A stretch of 64,000 nucleotides of DNA from positions 289,602,001 to 289,666,000 of the forward strand of contig NC_091469.1 of the NCBI RefSeq assembly GCF_036971445.1, read 5' to 3'. Shown here piece by piece: positions 49,800 through 61,719 of this stretch (positions are counted from its first letter, which is position 1; every line of letters starts with the position of its first letter). This DNA is from Narcine bancroftii. Lineage: Eukaryota. The notes under the pieces are model-generated. The model did no database searches and had not been told where the DNA came from. It saw only the letters and a program-made list of their open reading frames with translations. Both the position numbers and the translations under genes were made by a program.

Positions 49800-50265
49800 T
49801 CCAGATCAGATTTATTGTCAGGAGTACATCCATGATATCACGTACAATCATGAGATTCTGTTTCCTGTGGGCCAGGCAGAATTGCCACTTATTGGCACTG
49901 CAAAACAAAACTGTACACAATGTACACATGTAAATAAATAAAGAACTGTAAACAACTGATGGTGCAATGCAGAGAGAAGATCAATGAAGTGCCCAAGTAA
50001 GAGTTCTTAAATGAGTTGAGGAGTCTGATGGTGGAGGGGTAGCAGCCATTCCTGAACCTGGTGATGCGAGTCTTGTGGTACCTGTACCTCTTTCCTGACG
50101 GTAGCAGCGAGAACACTGTGTGCTGGGTGGTGAGGGTCTTTGATGATCGCTGCTGCTCTCAGACGGTGGCATTCCCCATAAAGGTTCTCGATGGTGGGTA
50201 GGGTTTTGCTGTGATGTCCTGGTCTGTGTCCACTACCTTTTGCAGGACTTTCCGGTCAGCACACT
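49800..50265 (-). mobile_element. Rex1/Babar-like LINE 3' end
   Basis: FSLLPSGKRYRYHKTRITRFRNGCYPSTIRLLN. Confidence 0.85.
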
Positions 50266-50844
50266 TTCTACCACACGTCTGAAGAAATGTACCTGTATAC
50301 AGCCTGATGTGCTGAGGGCATACAGTGTGATTCTCCATTTTCCCAGCCCCTACAGTCTCTCTTGTTTGTCTCAAGGTAACAGTGACTGTTCTGTAAATCC
50401 AAACCATTCCTCCCCTGTGCATCGCACAGACGGACACACTGCTGTCAATGTTTTAGTGGTTTTTGCAGACTTTGCCACGTTTCCAAATGTTGACTCATTG
50501 TTAATTTGCCGTCCGTCTATCTTATGGCACCAAGGCTAGTACCCTGAGACCCTCAGGCAGTGGGGTCGGTAAGGGGGATTGTGCAACATGATCCACTGCT
50601 GCTTGCGCAAGATGCTTGCTAAATGTGACTGTTATCTGTTCTGTCCACACTTGCTCCGTGTTTGATTTAACTCTGTGGCATCCACAAAACCGTGCCATCC
50701 ACAAAACCCCCTGACCAGAACAGCAACAGCACGTAAACCTGTCCAATATATGGCCCACAGTTCCTGACAAAAGGGTAATCCACTCTTTACACCATTTTAA
50801 CATTTATATAAAATTCAAGTTCATTTGTCATCCATTTGTACCAG

Positions 50845-51222
50845 CCCCACCATCGAGAACATCTATGGGGAACGCTACCGTCGGAGAGCAGCAGCAATCA
50901 TCAAAATCACCACCCAGCACATGCTCTGTTCTTGCTGCTACCATCAGGAAAGAGGTACAGGTGCCACAAGACTCATACCACCAGGTTCAGGAATGGCTGC
51001 TACCCCTCCACCATCAGACTCCTCAACCACAAACTCAATCAGAGACTCATTTAAGGACTTTATTGATTTGTTTTCCTCTCTATATTGCACAATATGTTTA
51101 CATGTGTACGTTGTGTACAGTTTTTTTCTGCACTGCCAATAAGTGGTAATTCTGCCTGGCCCGCAGGGAAAAGAACCCCAAGGTTGTATGTGATGTCGCA
51201 TATGTAGTCTGGCAATGAATCT
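50845..51222 (+). mobile_element. Rex1/Babar-like LINE 3' end, inverted relative to 49800-50265
   Basis: HHPAHALFLLLPSGKRYRCHKTHTTRFRNGCYPSTIRLLN. Confidence 0.85.
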
Positions 51223-52006
51223 TGCTTATCAATACCCCATCTTCTGACTGGGCACCCTCCAACCGAATGTCATTAACATTGACTTCTCTGGGCTTTGTTA
51301 AAATACCCCCTTCCCCCTCACTTCTTTCCCTGTCTTCTTCCCCCAGCTCCTTCTCTCCCTTCCCTGTCTCCTTCTGCACCGACATGATAAATTCTTACCT
51401 TGTCCCTTATTATATCCAATTAGCACCTTTTGTTGGTCTGCACACTTTCCCCAGCCCACGTTGCCTGAATTCTGAGGTTTACTCTTTCTGGGTCATTCTG
51501 CATCGAATCCCGCGCTGACGGTAAAGAGTTTGTGTCTACGTGGGATTTTCCCAGGGGTCTCTGGTTTTCTCCCACCATTCAGAATGTTATGGGTGTTGTA
51601 GGTTAATTGGGCTCCAGGGGTTAGTGGGTCGAAAAGGCCTGATGCCGTGATGTATGTTTACATTTAAAATGTAAACTTACATTTTAAAATTTGAAATGGT
51701 TGCAGCCGGGTGGGACTAGGAAGAATAATAGTTCGGCACAGACTTGAAGGGCCTGTAATGTCCTATGGTTCTATGGCCCTAAATGTGATAGGATAGATAA
51801 TTATCACAGTTGCAGTTACTGCAAGAAAAAGATGTTTCAATAGTGCAGATAGATCTTAAGGTGGTCCTGGGGTTTCTGGTTAGGGTACAACAGGAAGGTT
51901 GAAGAGCCTGATAGCTATTGGGTGGGGGGGAAACTGTTCTTGAACTTAGAGGTACTAGTCTTCAGGCTTCTGTTCCTTTTGCCTGAAGGTAGCAGTGAGA
52001 AGAGGC

Positions 52007-52340
52007 CATAAGAAGAAGGAGCAGAAATGCTCCTGCCCCGCCATTTAATCCTAGCTGATCCTGTTTCCCCACTCAGCCCCCTGCCCAGCCTTCTCCCCAC
52101 AACCTTTGATGCCCTGTCTAATCAAGAACCTAAATACACCCAGTGAACTTGGCCTCCACAACCGCCTGTGAAAATAAATTCCGCAGATTTACGACTGTCT
52201 GGCTCTAAGAAATTCTTCTGCATCTCTGCTTTAAGTGGGCACCCTTCCATCCTGAAGTTGTGCTCTCTTGTCCTATACCCTCCCACCATGGGAAACAACC
52301 TTTGTACATCTACTCTGTCTGCACCTTTCAATGTTCTGTT
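52007..52340 (-). mobile_element. CR1 3' fragment
   Basis: DRVDVQRLFPMVGGYRTREHNFR. Confidence 0.8.
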
Positions 52341-53309
52341 CGAAGAGGAGACACTTCAGTCTTGAGGTTGTGACCAGGGCGATTGATAGTGGTGGGGGAA
52401 GGGAGGAATCCTTTGTGTTGTTAGTCTGCCTTCTCTTCTCTGCATCCCCCATCCTGGGGAAGGGTTTCTGCCCAGAACCATTGATTGCTCCTTTACTCCC
52501 ACTGACAGTACTCGGCTCATCGTTTCTCCAGCAGAATAATGTGTGGGACAGTAAACCCGCCGCTTGACTAAGCTCCCTCTCCGCCTTCAGGGTGGACACT
52601 GGAAGTTCTGGCCAAGTGTTTAACCACCTCTAACATCTTCCCCTGGTGTAATGCCTGTCTTTGTCTGATCTGCTCCAAACCAAGGTTGTCATTGCATGAG
52701 TAACAAAATGGGAAGATTGGCCATTCAGGTGCTGTGTGGCAGGTTTCTAATCTTGCTGCACCCAGGACACTTTATGAACACGAGGCTGACTTCATTTTGC
52801 CTACGAGGGAAAGTCTTGTGCTGATACTGTGCAAACCTGACCCAGTTTCGCACTGGGGATTAACTCCAGTATCCATTACACGTGGCCAGCTTCAGTACCT
52901 CGGCTGGGAGTAGAATTGTTCCATTCTGCGCCTTGCCAGAACAATGGGTGGGAACAGATCAGTTGATCGCGGTCATATGGGACAAGCAAACGATTGGCAA
53001 GTGTTTCATTGTGTGCAGAGATTCAGGATAATGAGAGCACTTTGCTTGTCTGAGGGTGGGTTCTTTGTGGGTGGTTCTATTCCACTTTGCTTGAAGGCAG
53101 ATGTGGTTTTCCTTGCAAGGTTCACATCGAGCTCTCTGCAAATGGCTTTTGTGTGACTCCAGGGAACCAACTGACTAGTGTTTGGCACCATTTTTCCCTT
53201 CTCGCTCTGAGTGCTTGGTCGGAATATTATGAAGTGAGTATGATTACATTTTTTTTTCCATTTAAGATGAAGAGTCTTAAGTTTACTGGAGCCATTTCCT
53301 CATTTCCCT

Positions 53310-53950
53310 GTACGAATCTGGTCAGCCTGTTACAGGAAGGATGTGGAGGCTTTGGAGAGGGTACAGAAGAGGTTCACCAGGATGTTGCCTGGTTTAGAGC
53401 TACGGGAAGAGGTTGGACAAGCCTGGGCTGTTTTCTCCTGAGCATCGGAGGCTGAGGTTAATAAAATAATGAGAGGCGTTGATAGGGTGGACGGTCGGAA
53501 TTTTTTATCCCCCAGGCTAAAAACGTCAACAATGGAGCACATGAGTTTAAGGTGAGGGGAAGGGAGATGTGCGAAGTAAATGTTTTACCTAGAGAGCCTG
53601 AAAAGGCCTCCCAGAGGTAGTGGTGGGAGGGCCTGCCAGGGGTGGTGGTGGAAGGGCCTGCCAGGGGTGGTGGAGGAAGGGCCTGCCAGGGGTGGTGGAG
53701 GAAGGGCCTGCCAGGGGTGGTGGAGGAAGGGCCTGCCAGGGGTGGTGGTGGAAGGGCCTGCCAGGGGTGGTGGTGGAAGGGCCTGCCAGGGGTGGTGGTG
53801 GAAGGGCCTGCCAGGGGTGGTGGTGGAAGGGCCTGCCAGGGGTGGTGGTGGAAGGGCCTGCCAGGGGTGGTGGTGGAAGGGCCTGCCAGGGGTGGTGGTG
53901 GAAGAGCCTGCCAGGGGTAGTGGTGGATACAACATTAGCTTAAGAGGCTT
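53310..53950 (+). mobile_element. CR1 3' fragment containing a minisatellite expansion
   Basis: gagagggtacagaagaggttcaccaggatgttgcctgg (ERVQKRFTRMLPG). Confidence 0.8.
53627..53925. repeat. 25-bp G-rich minisatellite (gggcctgccaggggtggtggtggaa), about 12 copies
   Basis: Period 25 (gaagggcctg at 53651, 53676, 53701 and onward). Confidence 0.95.
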
Positions 53951-55093
53951 CCAGACCGGCCACTCTTGGCCTTTATACAGCGATGGCCCCCTTGAGGACT
54001 CTGCTCAAAGTTTATGGGTGTGGAGCAGTCAGGTTTAGTTGGTTTACTTCTCTCCTACCGACTATTTTTTTTAAATTCAGTCCGTGACCCTCGGGGTTCC
54101 TGTTGAGAATGGCTGGTCTAGACACATGAATATGCAGGTGTCAGAGGGAGGTCTATCAGGGGCAAGCAGCAGTTTGTTTTGGTCATTGCGGACAGCACAG
54201 ACATGTGGGCCGAAGGGCCTGCCTACTGTTCTTTCATTCCCATCCTTATGTTTATTTGGGAGAGGCCATCAGGTTAAAATACCATGGGTAAAATAAAAAC
54301 TCAACACTGGAGAAACTCAGTAGGTCAAAGAGTGTCCTTTATGTAGGAGAGATAAAGATAGAGAGCTGACGTTTCGGGCTTGAGCCCTTCATCGTGGAGG
54401 AAATGTAGGCAGTGACCCGAACAAAATGGTGGGGGGAGAGGCACAGTCCTACAGACAGGAGGTAATAGGTGGATAAGGGAGGGTCAGCACACCTATTGAG
54501 AGATCAGTAGTCAAGGCAGTGTAGATACCGCGGGGATTTTGGTTAAGAGGATAGCTATTCACCAGTTACAGATGCAGAAGGGACCCTTTAGTGAGAGTTG
54601 GGCGTTTGGAGCAGTGTTGGGTTTGTAGTCGTTTCCGCCTTCAGCTCACCAAGTCTGTGTCAACCACTGAGGCAGTGTCTCTATCCACTGAGCCGCACAG
54701 AGGAATGATGTTGGGTTCTGAATCCTGGTTAATTCTGTGTCCAGTGCGGACACTTCTCTTTCAATCACAATTAATTTTGAATATCCCAGTCTCGTCATTG
54801 ATGCAGCATCCACAGGGGGTAAAAAATATATATCTGACATTTTGGGCCTGAGCCCTTCTTCAGGGTTTGAGTGAAAAGCAGGCAGGCATCTGAATTAAAG
54901 GGTAAGGGAGAAAGAGAAATCTATTAAAAAAATATATATATATATATATATGTGGAAGGCATGGATTCAAGGTGGGAGGGGTAAGTTTCTCACCCTGAGG
55001 ATGGAGGCTACATGGGATGGGCTGGCACAGGAAGGGGCAGTTCCAACCGGTACAGGATGGGAAATGTTTGGGGATATGGGCAGAATGCTAGGC

Positions 55094-55271
55094 CAGTGAT
55101 CCTCGACCTTTATCCCCCAGTCACATACCACCTTAAATAATCCCTTACTAACCACAGAGCACCTATGCCATAGCTGATCTGTGGTTGCTAAGGGCTTACT
55201 TTAGGTGGTATGTGAAGGGGACGGTGGGGAGGGGGGGGGGGGCGGTGGTGGAGAAAGGGTGAGAATCACTG
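55094..55271. mobile_element. hAT MITE, same family as 39557-39670
   Basis: cagtgatcctcgacc...ggtgagaatcactg; near-TSD tgctaggc and ggttaggc. Confidence 0.75.
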
Positions 55272-55849
55272 GGTTAGGCCAAAGAGCATGTTCATGAGTT
55301 GTATAATTCTTATGATCTTGGACGATCATATTGGATGGTGGATTAACTATCTCACCATGTATGAAGTGCATACCCTTTCCTGGGCTGTTTCTGTCTGCTG
55401 GTGAGGTTTGGTTCCATAGTTCTGGTACAACACAGGTTAAACCTCTATACTTCCTCCTAGCACAAGTTCGGCCTTGCTGGTAAAACCAGTTCTTTTCATG
55501 ACTCATGGTTTGGATGGGGAGTTGTCTTCAGTTGATTGTTGACCAATCTGGGACGGGTGGGACTGGGAGGGGTGGGAATCTTTGCTTCACAGATTGCTGC
55601 CATGGGCACTGTGGGGCCATGTGAGCTGGGATATTTAGCATGAAGAATCACATGTAATATTTCCATGTTTCGCCATCAATAGTAATCTAAAACCCCATCA
55701 GCGCACATTTTCAGTTTACTTGTTACATTACCTGGACGGGTTCTTCTGTGAGCAATCTAAGAAGTTATTTCTACCATTCATTCAGCTGGTAAAGAGCAGT
55801 GTAGGGTTACAATGAAGGAGGAGATCAATCATCACCAAGCAAGAGCAGC

Positions 55850-56905
55850 GTGAGTGCACCATGGTGGGGTTCATTCAGGAGCCTGATGGCTGCGGGGAAG
55901 AAACAGTCTTTAAGCCTGTTGGTGTGCGTTTTCACACTCTTAGGCCTTCTCCCCGATGGGAGGAGGGAGAAGAAAGTGTGTCTGGGATGTGATAGGTCCT
56001 TCAGTGTGTCGGTTGACTTTCCTGAGCAGTGGGAGATGTAGATGGAGTCCACGGAGGGGAGGGAAGTTACTACAAGTCTTTAAACTGCATTCACCACCTT
56101 CTGTAGCTTCTTTCGATCTTGAGCAGAGCTTGTCCCGTCCCATACTGTGATATATCCAGTTAGTCTGCTCTCGATGTTGCCATGGTTGAGGTGGGGGTGG
56201 GGGGGGGGGGGCGATCTTCCTTAGTCTTCAAAGAAAGGAGAAGCTTTGGTGCCCTTTATTGACCATCGTGTTGATCTGCTTGTTCCATGTCAGGTCAGTG
56301 GAGATGGTTATTCCTAAAATCTGGATGGTTAGCTATGCCAGCGATCGGAACTGTGGTTCAGATCCCATGCTGTCTGTAAGGAGTTTGTGCATTCTCCCCA
56401 TGTCTGCGTAGGTTTCCTACGGTTTCCTCCCACCATTCAATAACATACCGGGGGTGTAGGCTAATTGGATGTAAATTGGGCAGCGTGGACTCGTAGGCTG
56501 AAATGACCTGCTACCGTGCTATATGTCTAAATTTAAACTGGAACTCTTTTGACTTCAGCGCCATTAATGTGGACAGGGCTGTGAACTCAGCCTATTTCCT
56601 GATATCAGTGATCATTTTGGTTTTATTGACATTGAGAGAGAGGTTGTGATCTTGGCACAATGCCACTTGACTTTCAATCTCTTTCCTCTATTTCATCTCA
56701 TCGTTATTTGATATCTGGCCCATTACTGTGATGTCATCTGCAAACGTGAAGGTGGAGTTGGAGCTAAATACTGCACAATTGTGGATGCAGAGGGAGGGGA
56801 GTCGGGGACTGAGTACATCCTTGAAGAACACCCATGTTGTGACCGTGGAGGACATGTTGTTCCCAATCTTCTCTGATTGAGATCTGTGGACAGAAAGTCC
56901 AGTTG
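55850..56905 (-). mobile_element. Rex1/Babar-like LINE RT-to-3' fragment with a nested V-SINE (about 56325-56537)
   Basis: GVLQGC, FADDITVMGQISNNDE, FSLLPSGRRPKSVKTHTNRLKDCFFPAAIRLLN. Confidence 0.85.
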
Positions 56906-57103
56906 AAGTGGGTGAGGGGTGATTGACAGGTGGGAAACACAAAAGTCAACCGGTGCTGTGATTGTAGTAAAAACGCAGAAATGCTGGAGGAACCCAGCAG
57001 CATCCAAAAGCGGTAAAGATATATTACCAACGTTTCGGCCCTGAGTTCTGCTTCAAGGTATGGAAAAAGCTGGCAGTGTCAAATAAAAGAAATGGAAGGG
57101 AGA

Positions 57104-57352
57104 GGGCAGCATGGTTGGCTTAGTGGTTAGCGCAATGCCTTTAGAGTGCCAGCGATCGGGTCCAGGGTTCAAATTCCATGCTGTCTGTAAGAAGTTTGTA
57201 CATTCTCCCTGTGTCTGCATAGGTTTTCCCCGGGGCTCCCACCATTTAAAATGTGCCAGGGTGTAGGTTTATTGGGGGTAAATTGGGCAGCATGGGCTCG
57301 TGGGCCAAAAGGGCCTGTTAGCGTGTTGTACGTCTAAATTTAAAATTTAAAT
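57104..57352 (+). mobile_element. Full-length V-SINE/HE1-like SINE
   Basis: tggcttagtggttagc A box, ggttcaaattcc B box, V-domain, (taaatt)n tail. Confidence 0.85.
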
Positions 57353-57832
57353 ACAGAGCAACAGGTGATTGGTGCCAGATGAGAGAGAGAAATGGAGCAA
57401 GATCAACTGGGGAGAAGGGAGGGGGGTGGGGTGAGGCAAATGTTTTTGCTGAAGGAACACTCAGTAATCTGAGCAGCATCTTTGAGGAAGGAATGAATTG
57501 TCGGTGTTTCCGGTCCACATCAGAACCCAAAACGTCAACATTTCCTGTCCCCCTGCAGATGCCGCTGGATACACGGAGTTCCTCCAGCAATTTGTGTTCG
57601 CTCTCGAGCTCCAACTGACTCCAGCTATCAACATCTGCTTCCAGTTATTTTGCATTTCATTGAATTTGTTCTCGGATTATCAATTTATCCACAGTTTACA
57701 ACACCCGTGCCCTATAATTATCATTGATCCATGTAAGCTGCTGAACTGACAGTAAGTGATCACAGCTTTGACATGGAGGACCCATTGCTTTGCAAATTGG
57801 TTTTCTGCTGTTAGGCCTTTGCTATACAGGCA

Positions 57833-57967
57833 NNNNNNNNNNNNNNNNNNNNNNNNNNNNNNNNNNNNNNNNNNNNNNNNNNNNNNNNNNNNNNNNNNNN
57901 NNNNNNNNNNNNNNNNNNNNNNNNNNNNNNNNNNNNNNNNNNNNNNNNNNNNNNNNNNNNNNNNNNN
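57833..57967. other. Assembly gap (135 N)
   Basis: Run of N. Confidence 1.
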
Positions 57968-58559
57968 AGACTCTTTTATCTTTCTATAATGAAGTGTTTC
58001 CCAGCTGAAACTGAAGAACATTAAACAATGCTTGATCAAGTGCAATTGTGTGCCCCTGGGAAGAATGAAGCCAGAGGGGAGCCTATTTGGAATATTAACT
58101 CCACTTCTCTTTCCACGGACACTACCTGACCAGCATTTATTGTTTTGCTTTTTGTGAATCCATGTGCTGTGTTTTGAACTGCTGTACTATGTGTGGATCG
58201 ACATGCTGGACTGTTTGCAAAATGAACTTTCTCATTTTGCCTTGAAGCTCGACAACTAAACTTGAATGAGACTGAAGCTGACATCTCTGTGGTTGAGAGT
58301 GTGATGCTGTTGGCAGCACTATTAAGTTAGCATCACATGCGATCTGGGAGCATATGAGCTCAGAGCTGGGTGTGAAGAAATTCTTCAGGGAATCTGAGCA
58401 AGACTGCCTCAGCATGCTTCGTACTGATAGCAGTTCACAGGAGGAATCCAAGCTCCTGAAACATTACTCCTTCTCTGCGTTGCCAGAATTTGAGCTGCTT
58501 TCCGATCGGATCTGTAATTTCCTCCCTGATGTCCAAGCCTCTGCGGAACTTGTTCCTGC

Positions 58560-58780
58560 AGACATGGTTAGCGCAATGCTGTTACAGCGCCAGCAAAGTA
58601 GGTTCGAATCTAGCTCTGACTGTAAGGAGTTTGTAGGTACTTCCCGCGACCTATTAGGGTTTCCACTGGGCAGTCGAGTTTCCTCCAACCCTTCAAAATA
58701 TACAAATTGTTGGCTAATTGTGTTATTTAGGTGGCATGGGCTCATGGGCTGGAACAGCCTGTTACTGTTCAGTATGTCTG
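58560..58780 (+). mobile_element. V-SINE/HE1-like SINE
   Basis: tggttagcgcaatgctgttacagcgccagc...ggttcgaatc...tgtaaggagtttgta. Confidence 0.75.
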
Positions 58781-59779
58781 TGGTAAACCACTGTTAAACC
58801 GTGATTAGCTGCTGCCAGCTGGACACGCTCACCCCCCTCCCCCCCCCACCCTGAGACTGATCCTATCCATAGCCCCTTGTATGCTTTCCCTTCCTCTTTG
58901 ATCAGGCAATGAGGTTGATCGTTGTTCCAGACTATAGTGAATAAAAGCCTGATAGTTTCACAACTCCAACTATTTGTTATAATTGATGGCACATCAATGT
59001 CGAAGATCAGCACCTCGAGGTTCCAGTTTCTTTCCAACAGTCTTGAACCTTCCATACAGGCATAAACATGACAGCACAGTAAAGGCCCTTTGGCCCACAA
59101 TGTTGTGCTGGCCTATATAAACTTACTCAACAAACTAAACCTTCTCCACCTCGTACCAATAATGCTCTATTTTTCATGCACCCTTGTTACACTAATCAGG
59201 GACTGATCCGACACCACAAAAGGTCTGTCTGCACTATTTTGCACCAGGATAACACTGAAAATTTATTCCCTATTTTTTCATGTTTTTAATGTATTTTTAA
59301 ATTCACTTCTGCACTTAGCATGTAGTTTTACAGGTTTTTTTCTATGAACTATCTACTCATGGAACCATCAAATACTACAGCACAGAAACAGGCCTGTCTA
59401 GTCTTTGCTGAACCTACCAAGTCCCACTGATCTCTTTCTGACCTATGAATAGTCGATATGTTTCAGAGCTCAATGTAGTCCGCGAAACAGGCTTGAACGG
59501 ATTCTACCGGGAGCTGAGATGTTCCATTGACGTTGATTTCCAAGGAATAGATGAGTGGGATTTGCCTTTGATATGCCACCCTGTTTGTGATAGTAACATG
59601 CGCCTTAATTAGCAATAGGCTGAAAATTGTATATCTGGCTAGAATATCAGTGGTTTATGAGGATAATTTTCCTACCTGCTGTTGGAACAGAGCTAATAGT
59701 TTTCACTATGCTGGAAAGAATAATACTTCAAAGCTGTGTGTAATGTGTGCACCTTCTGCAGTGATTTAAATATTGAACC

Positions 59780-60665
59780 ACATTATAGAACATTACAATG
59801 CAGAAACAGGCCCCTCTCTTCTGTGCTGAACCTTTTTTTTTGCCTTGTCCCACTGACCATAGCCCTCCATACCCCTCTGATCCAAAATTCTTCTTAAATG
59901 TTAAAATTGAGCCCATATTCACCACTTCAGCTGGCAACTCGTTCCACACTCCCACCACTCTCTGTGTGAAGAAGATCCCCCTCATGTTTCCCCTAAACTT
60001 TTCCCCTTTCACCCTTAACCCATGTCCTCTGGTTTGTATCTCACCTACCCTCAGTGGAAAAAGCCTATCTACATTTACTCTGTCTATTCCCCTCATAATT
60101 TTAAATACCTCTATCAAATCTCCCCTCATTCTTCTACGCTCCAGGGAATAAAGTCCTAACCTGTTTAACCTTTCCCTGTAAACTCACATCCTGAAGTCCG
60201 AGCAACATCTTAGTAAATCTTTTCTGCACTTTCTCTATCTTATTGATATCTTTCCTGCAGTTAGGTGACCAAAACTGCACGCAATATTCTAATTGTCTTA
60301 CGCAACTTTACCATAACTTCCCAACTCTCTACTTTGATTTATAAAGGCCAATATGCCAGAAGCTCTCTTTACAACCCTCTCCACCTGTGACATCACTTTC
60401 AGGGAATTACGTATCTCAATTCCCAGATCCTTCTGTTCTACCACACTCCTCGGTGCCCTACCATTTACCATGTATGTCCTTTCTTGGTTTGTCCTTCCAA
60501 AATGCAACACCCCATACTTGTCTGCATTAAATTCCATCGGCCATTTTTCAGCCCATTTTTCCAGTTGGTCCAGATCCCTCTGCAAATTTTGAAAACCATC
60601 TTCGCTGTCCATAATGCCTCCAATCGTAGTGTCATCTGCAAACTTGCTGATCCAATTTACCACAA
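59780..60665 (-). mobile_element. CR1 LINE 3' part, same subfamily as 855-1775
   Basis: KFADDTTIGG, EKWAEKWPMEFNADK, RGDLIEVFKIMRGIDRVNVDRLFPLRVGEIQTRGHGLR. Confidence 0.93.
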
Positions 60666-61719
60666 GCAATAGAAGGAGACCAAAAGAATGTGCATAGGGT
60701 TGTGAAAGAGGCTCACACCCTCACACCCCCCTCCCCTCCATCAGCACCATCACACATACCCTCCTCTCCACCGACTCCATCATACACACCCACTCCTTCC
60801 ATTGACTCCATCATACACATCCCTTCCCCTCCATCGACTCTGTCTACAACTCCAGCTGCCTTGAAAAAGCAGCCAACACATTAGCAAACCCATCTCACCC
60901 CGGCCACACTCTTCCAACCCCCCCCCATCCATCCATCCCGTCAGGAAGAATATTCACAAGCCTGCAGATTAATTTCCCACCACTATCTTTGACAATTCTA
61001 GATTCTTTTAATGCCATGTAATAAAGTAGGTGTAATGTTACATGAAATTGGATTTAGTCACACAAAGATTCACCATCAGCACAAATTGCGGTGAACAGCC
61101 AGAGAAAGAGAATCAAAACAGACTTCTGAACGAACTTGAAATTATGTTACCTTTGCTCCTTGCTAGCTGATCTCTCTCTGTAACTCTGACCCTCTGTACT
61201 TGTACTATGTATGAGCAGTTCGGCTGGATTGCTTGCCATGTATTTTGAAATGTGACAATGCACTTGAACTGGGCATGCAGCAGGGACGCTGATGTAGTTT
61301 GGGGGGGGGGGGGGAATGGGCTGATACTGTGGAGTTGCTGACAGCCTGCTGCGAATTGTTGCACCGAGCTGCTGTATCGCACGTTCCTTGGTTCCTTGGC
61401 CATGGAGGAAGGACGATCACTGGTCAAGCTGCCATCAAACACCTGAAAGGTAAAGGTGAGTGGGATGTAGGATGTTGGGTCCAGGCCACCTGCACAGCAC
61501 CGCCCCTGCTGCACCCGAAACCCGGGTTTGACAGGTGAAACCATCCTGTGGCTTTAGGCCGGTGTGAGATCAAAACCAGATGAGCCAGTTTATGGCATCA
61601 TCTGAATTTGCATCGCAAAATTTAAAAAGCAGGAAAAGAATTGTTAGAGGAGAAATGATCTGTCAACATTTCAGGTTGGGACCCTTTACCAAGACCACCC
61701 GTCAACATCTGGATCCCTT

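Noticed and set aside
53580-54038. Repetitive ORFs (GLPGVVVEGPARGGGGRACQGWWWK)
   Set aside because: Artefact of the 25-bp minisatellite.
57104-57180. tRNA genes suggested by A and B boxes
   Set aside because: These are SINE heads joined to a V-domain; no complete cloverleaf.
58354-58797. 147-aa ORF MSSELGVKKFF...
   Set aside because: The 3' half is a V-SINE; I recognise no domain or clear splice sites in the 5' half. Not excluded without a database search.
61299-61538. Possible exon ending at AAG|GTGAGT (about 61455)
   Set aside because: Donor-like site only; no recognisable peptide and no convincing acceptor.
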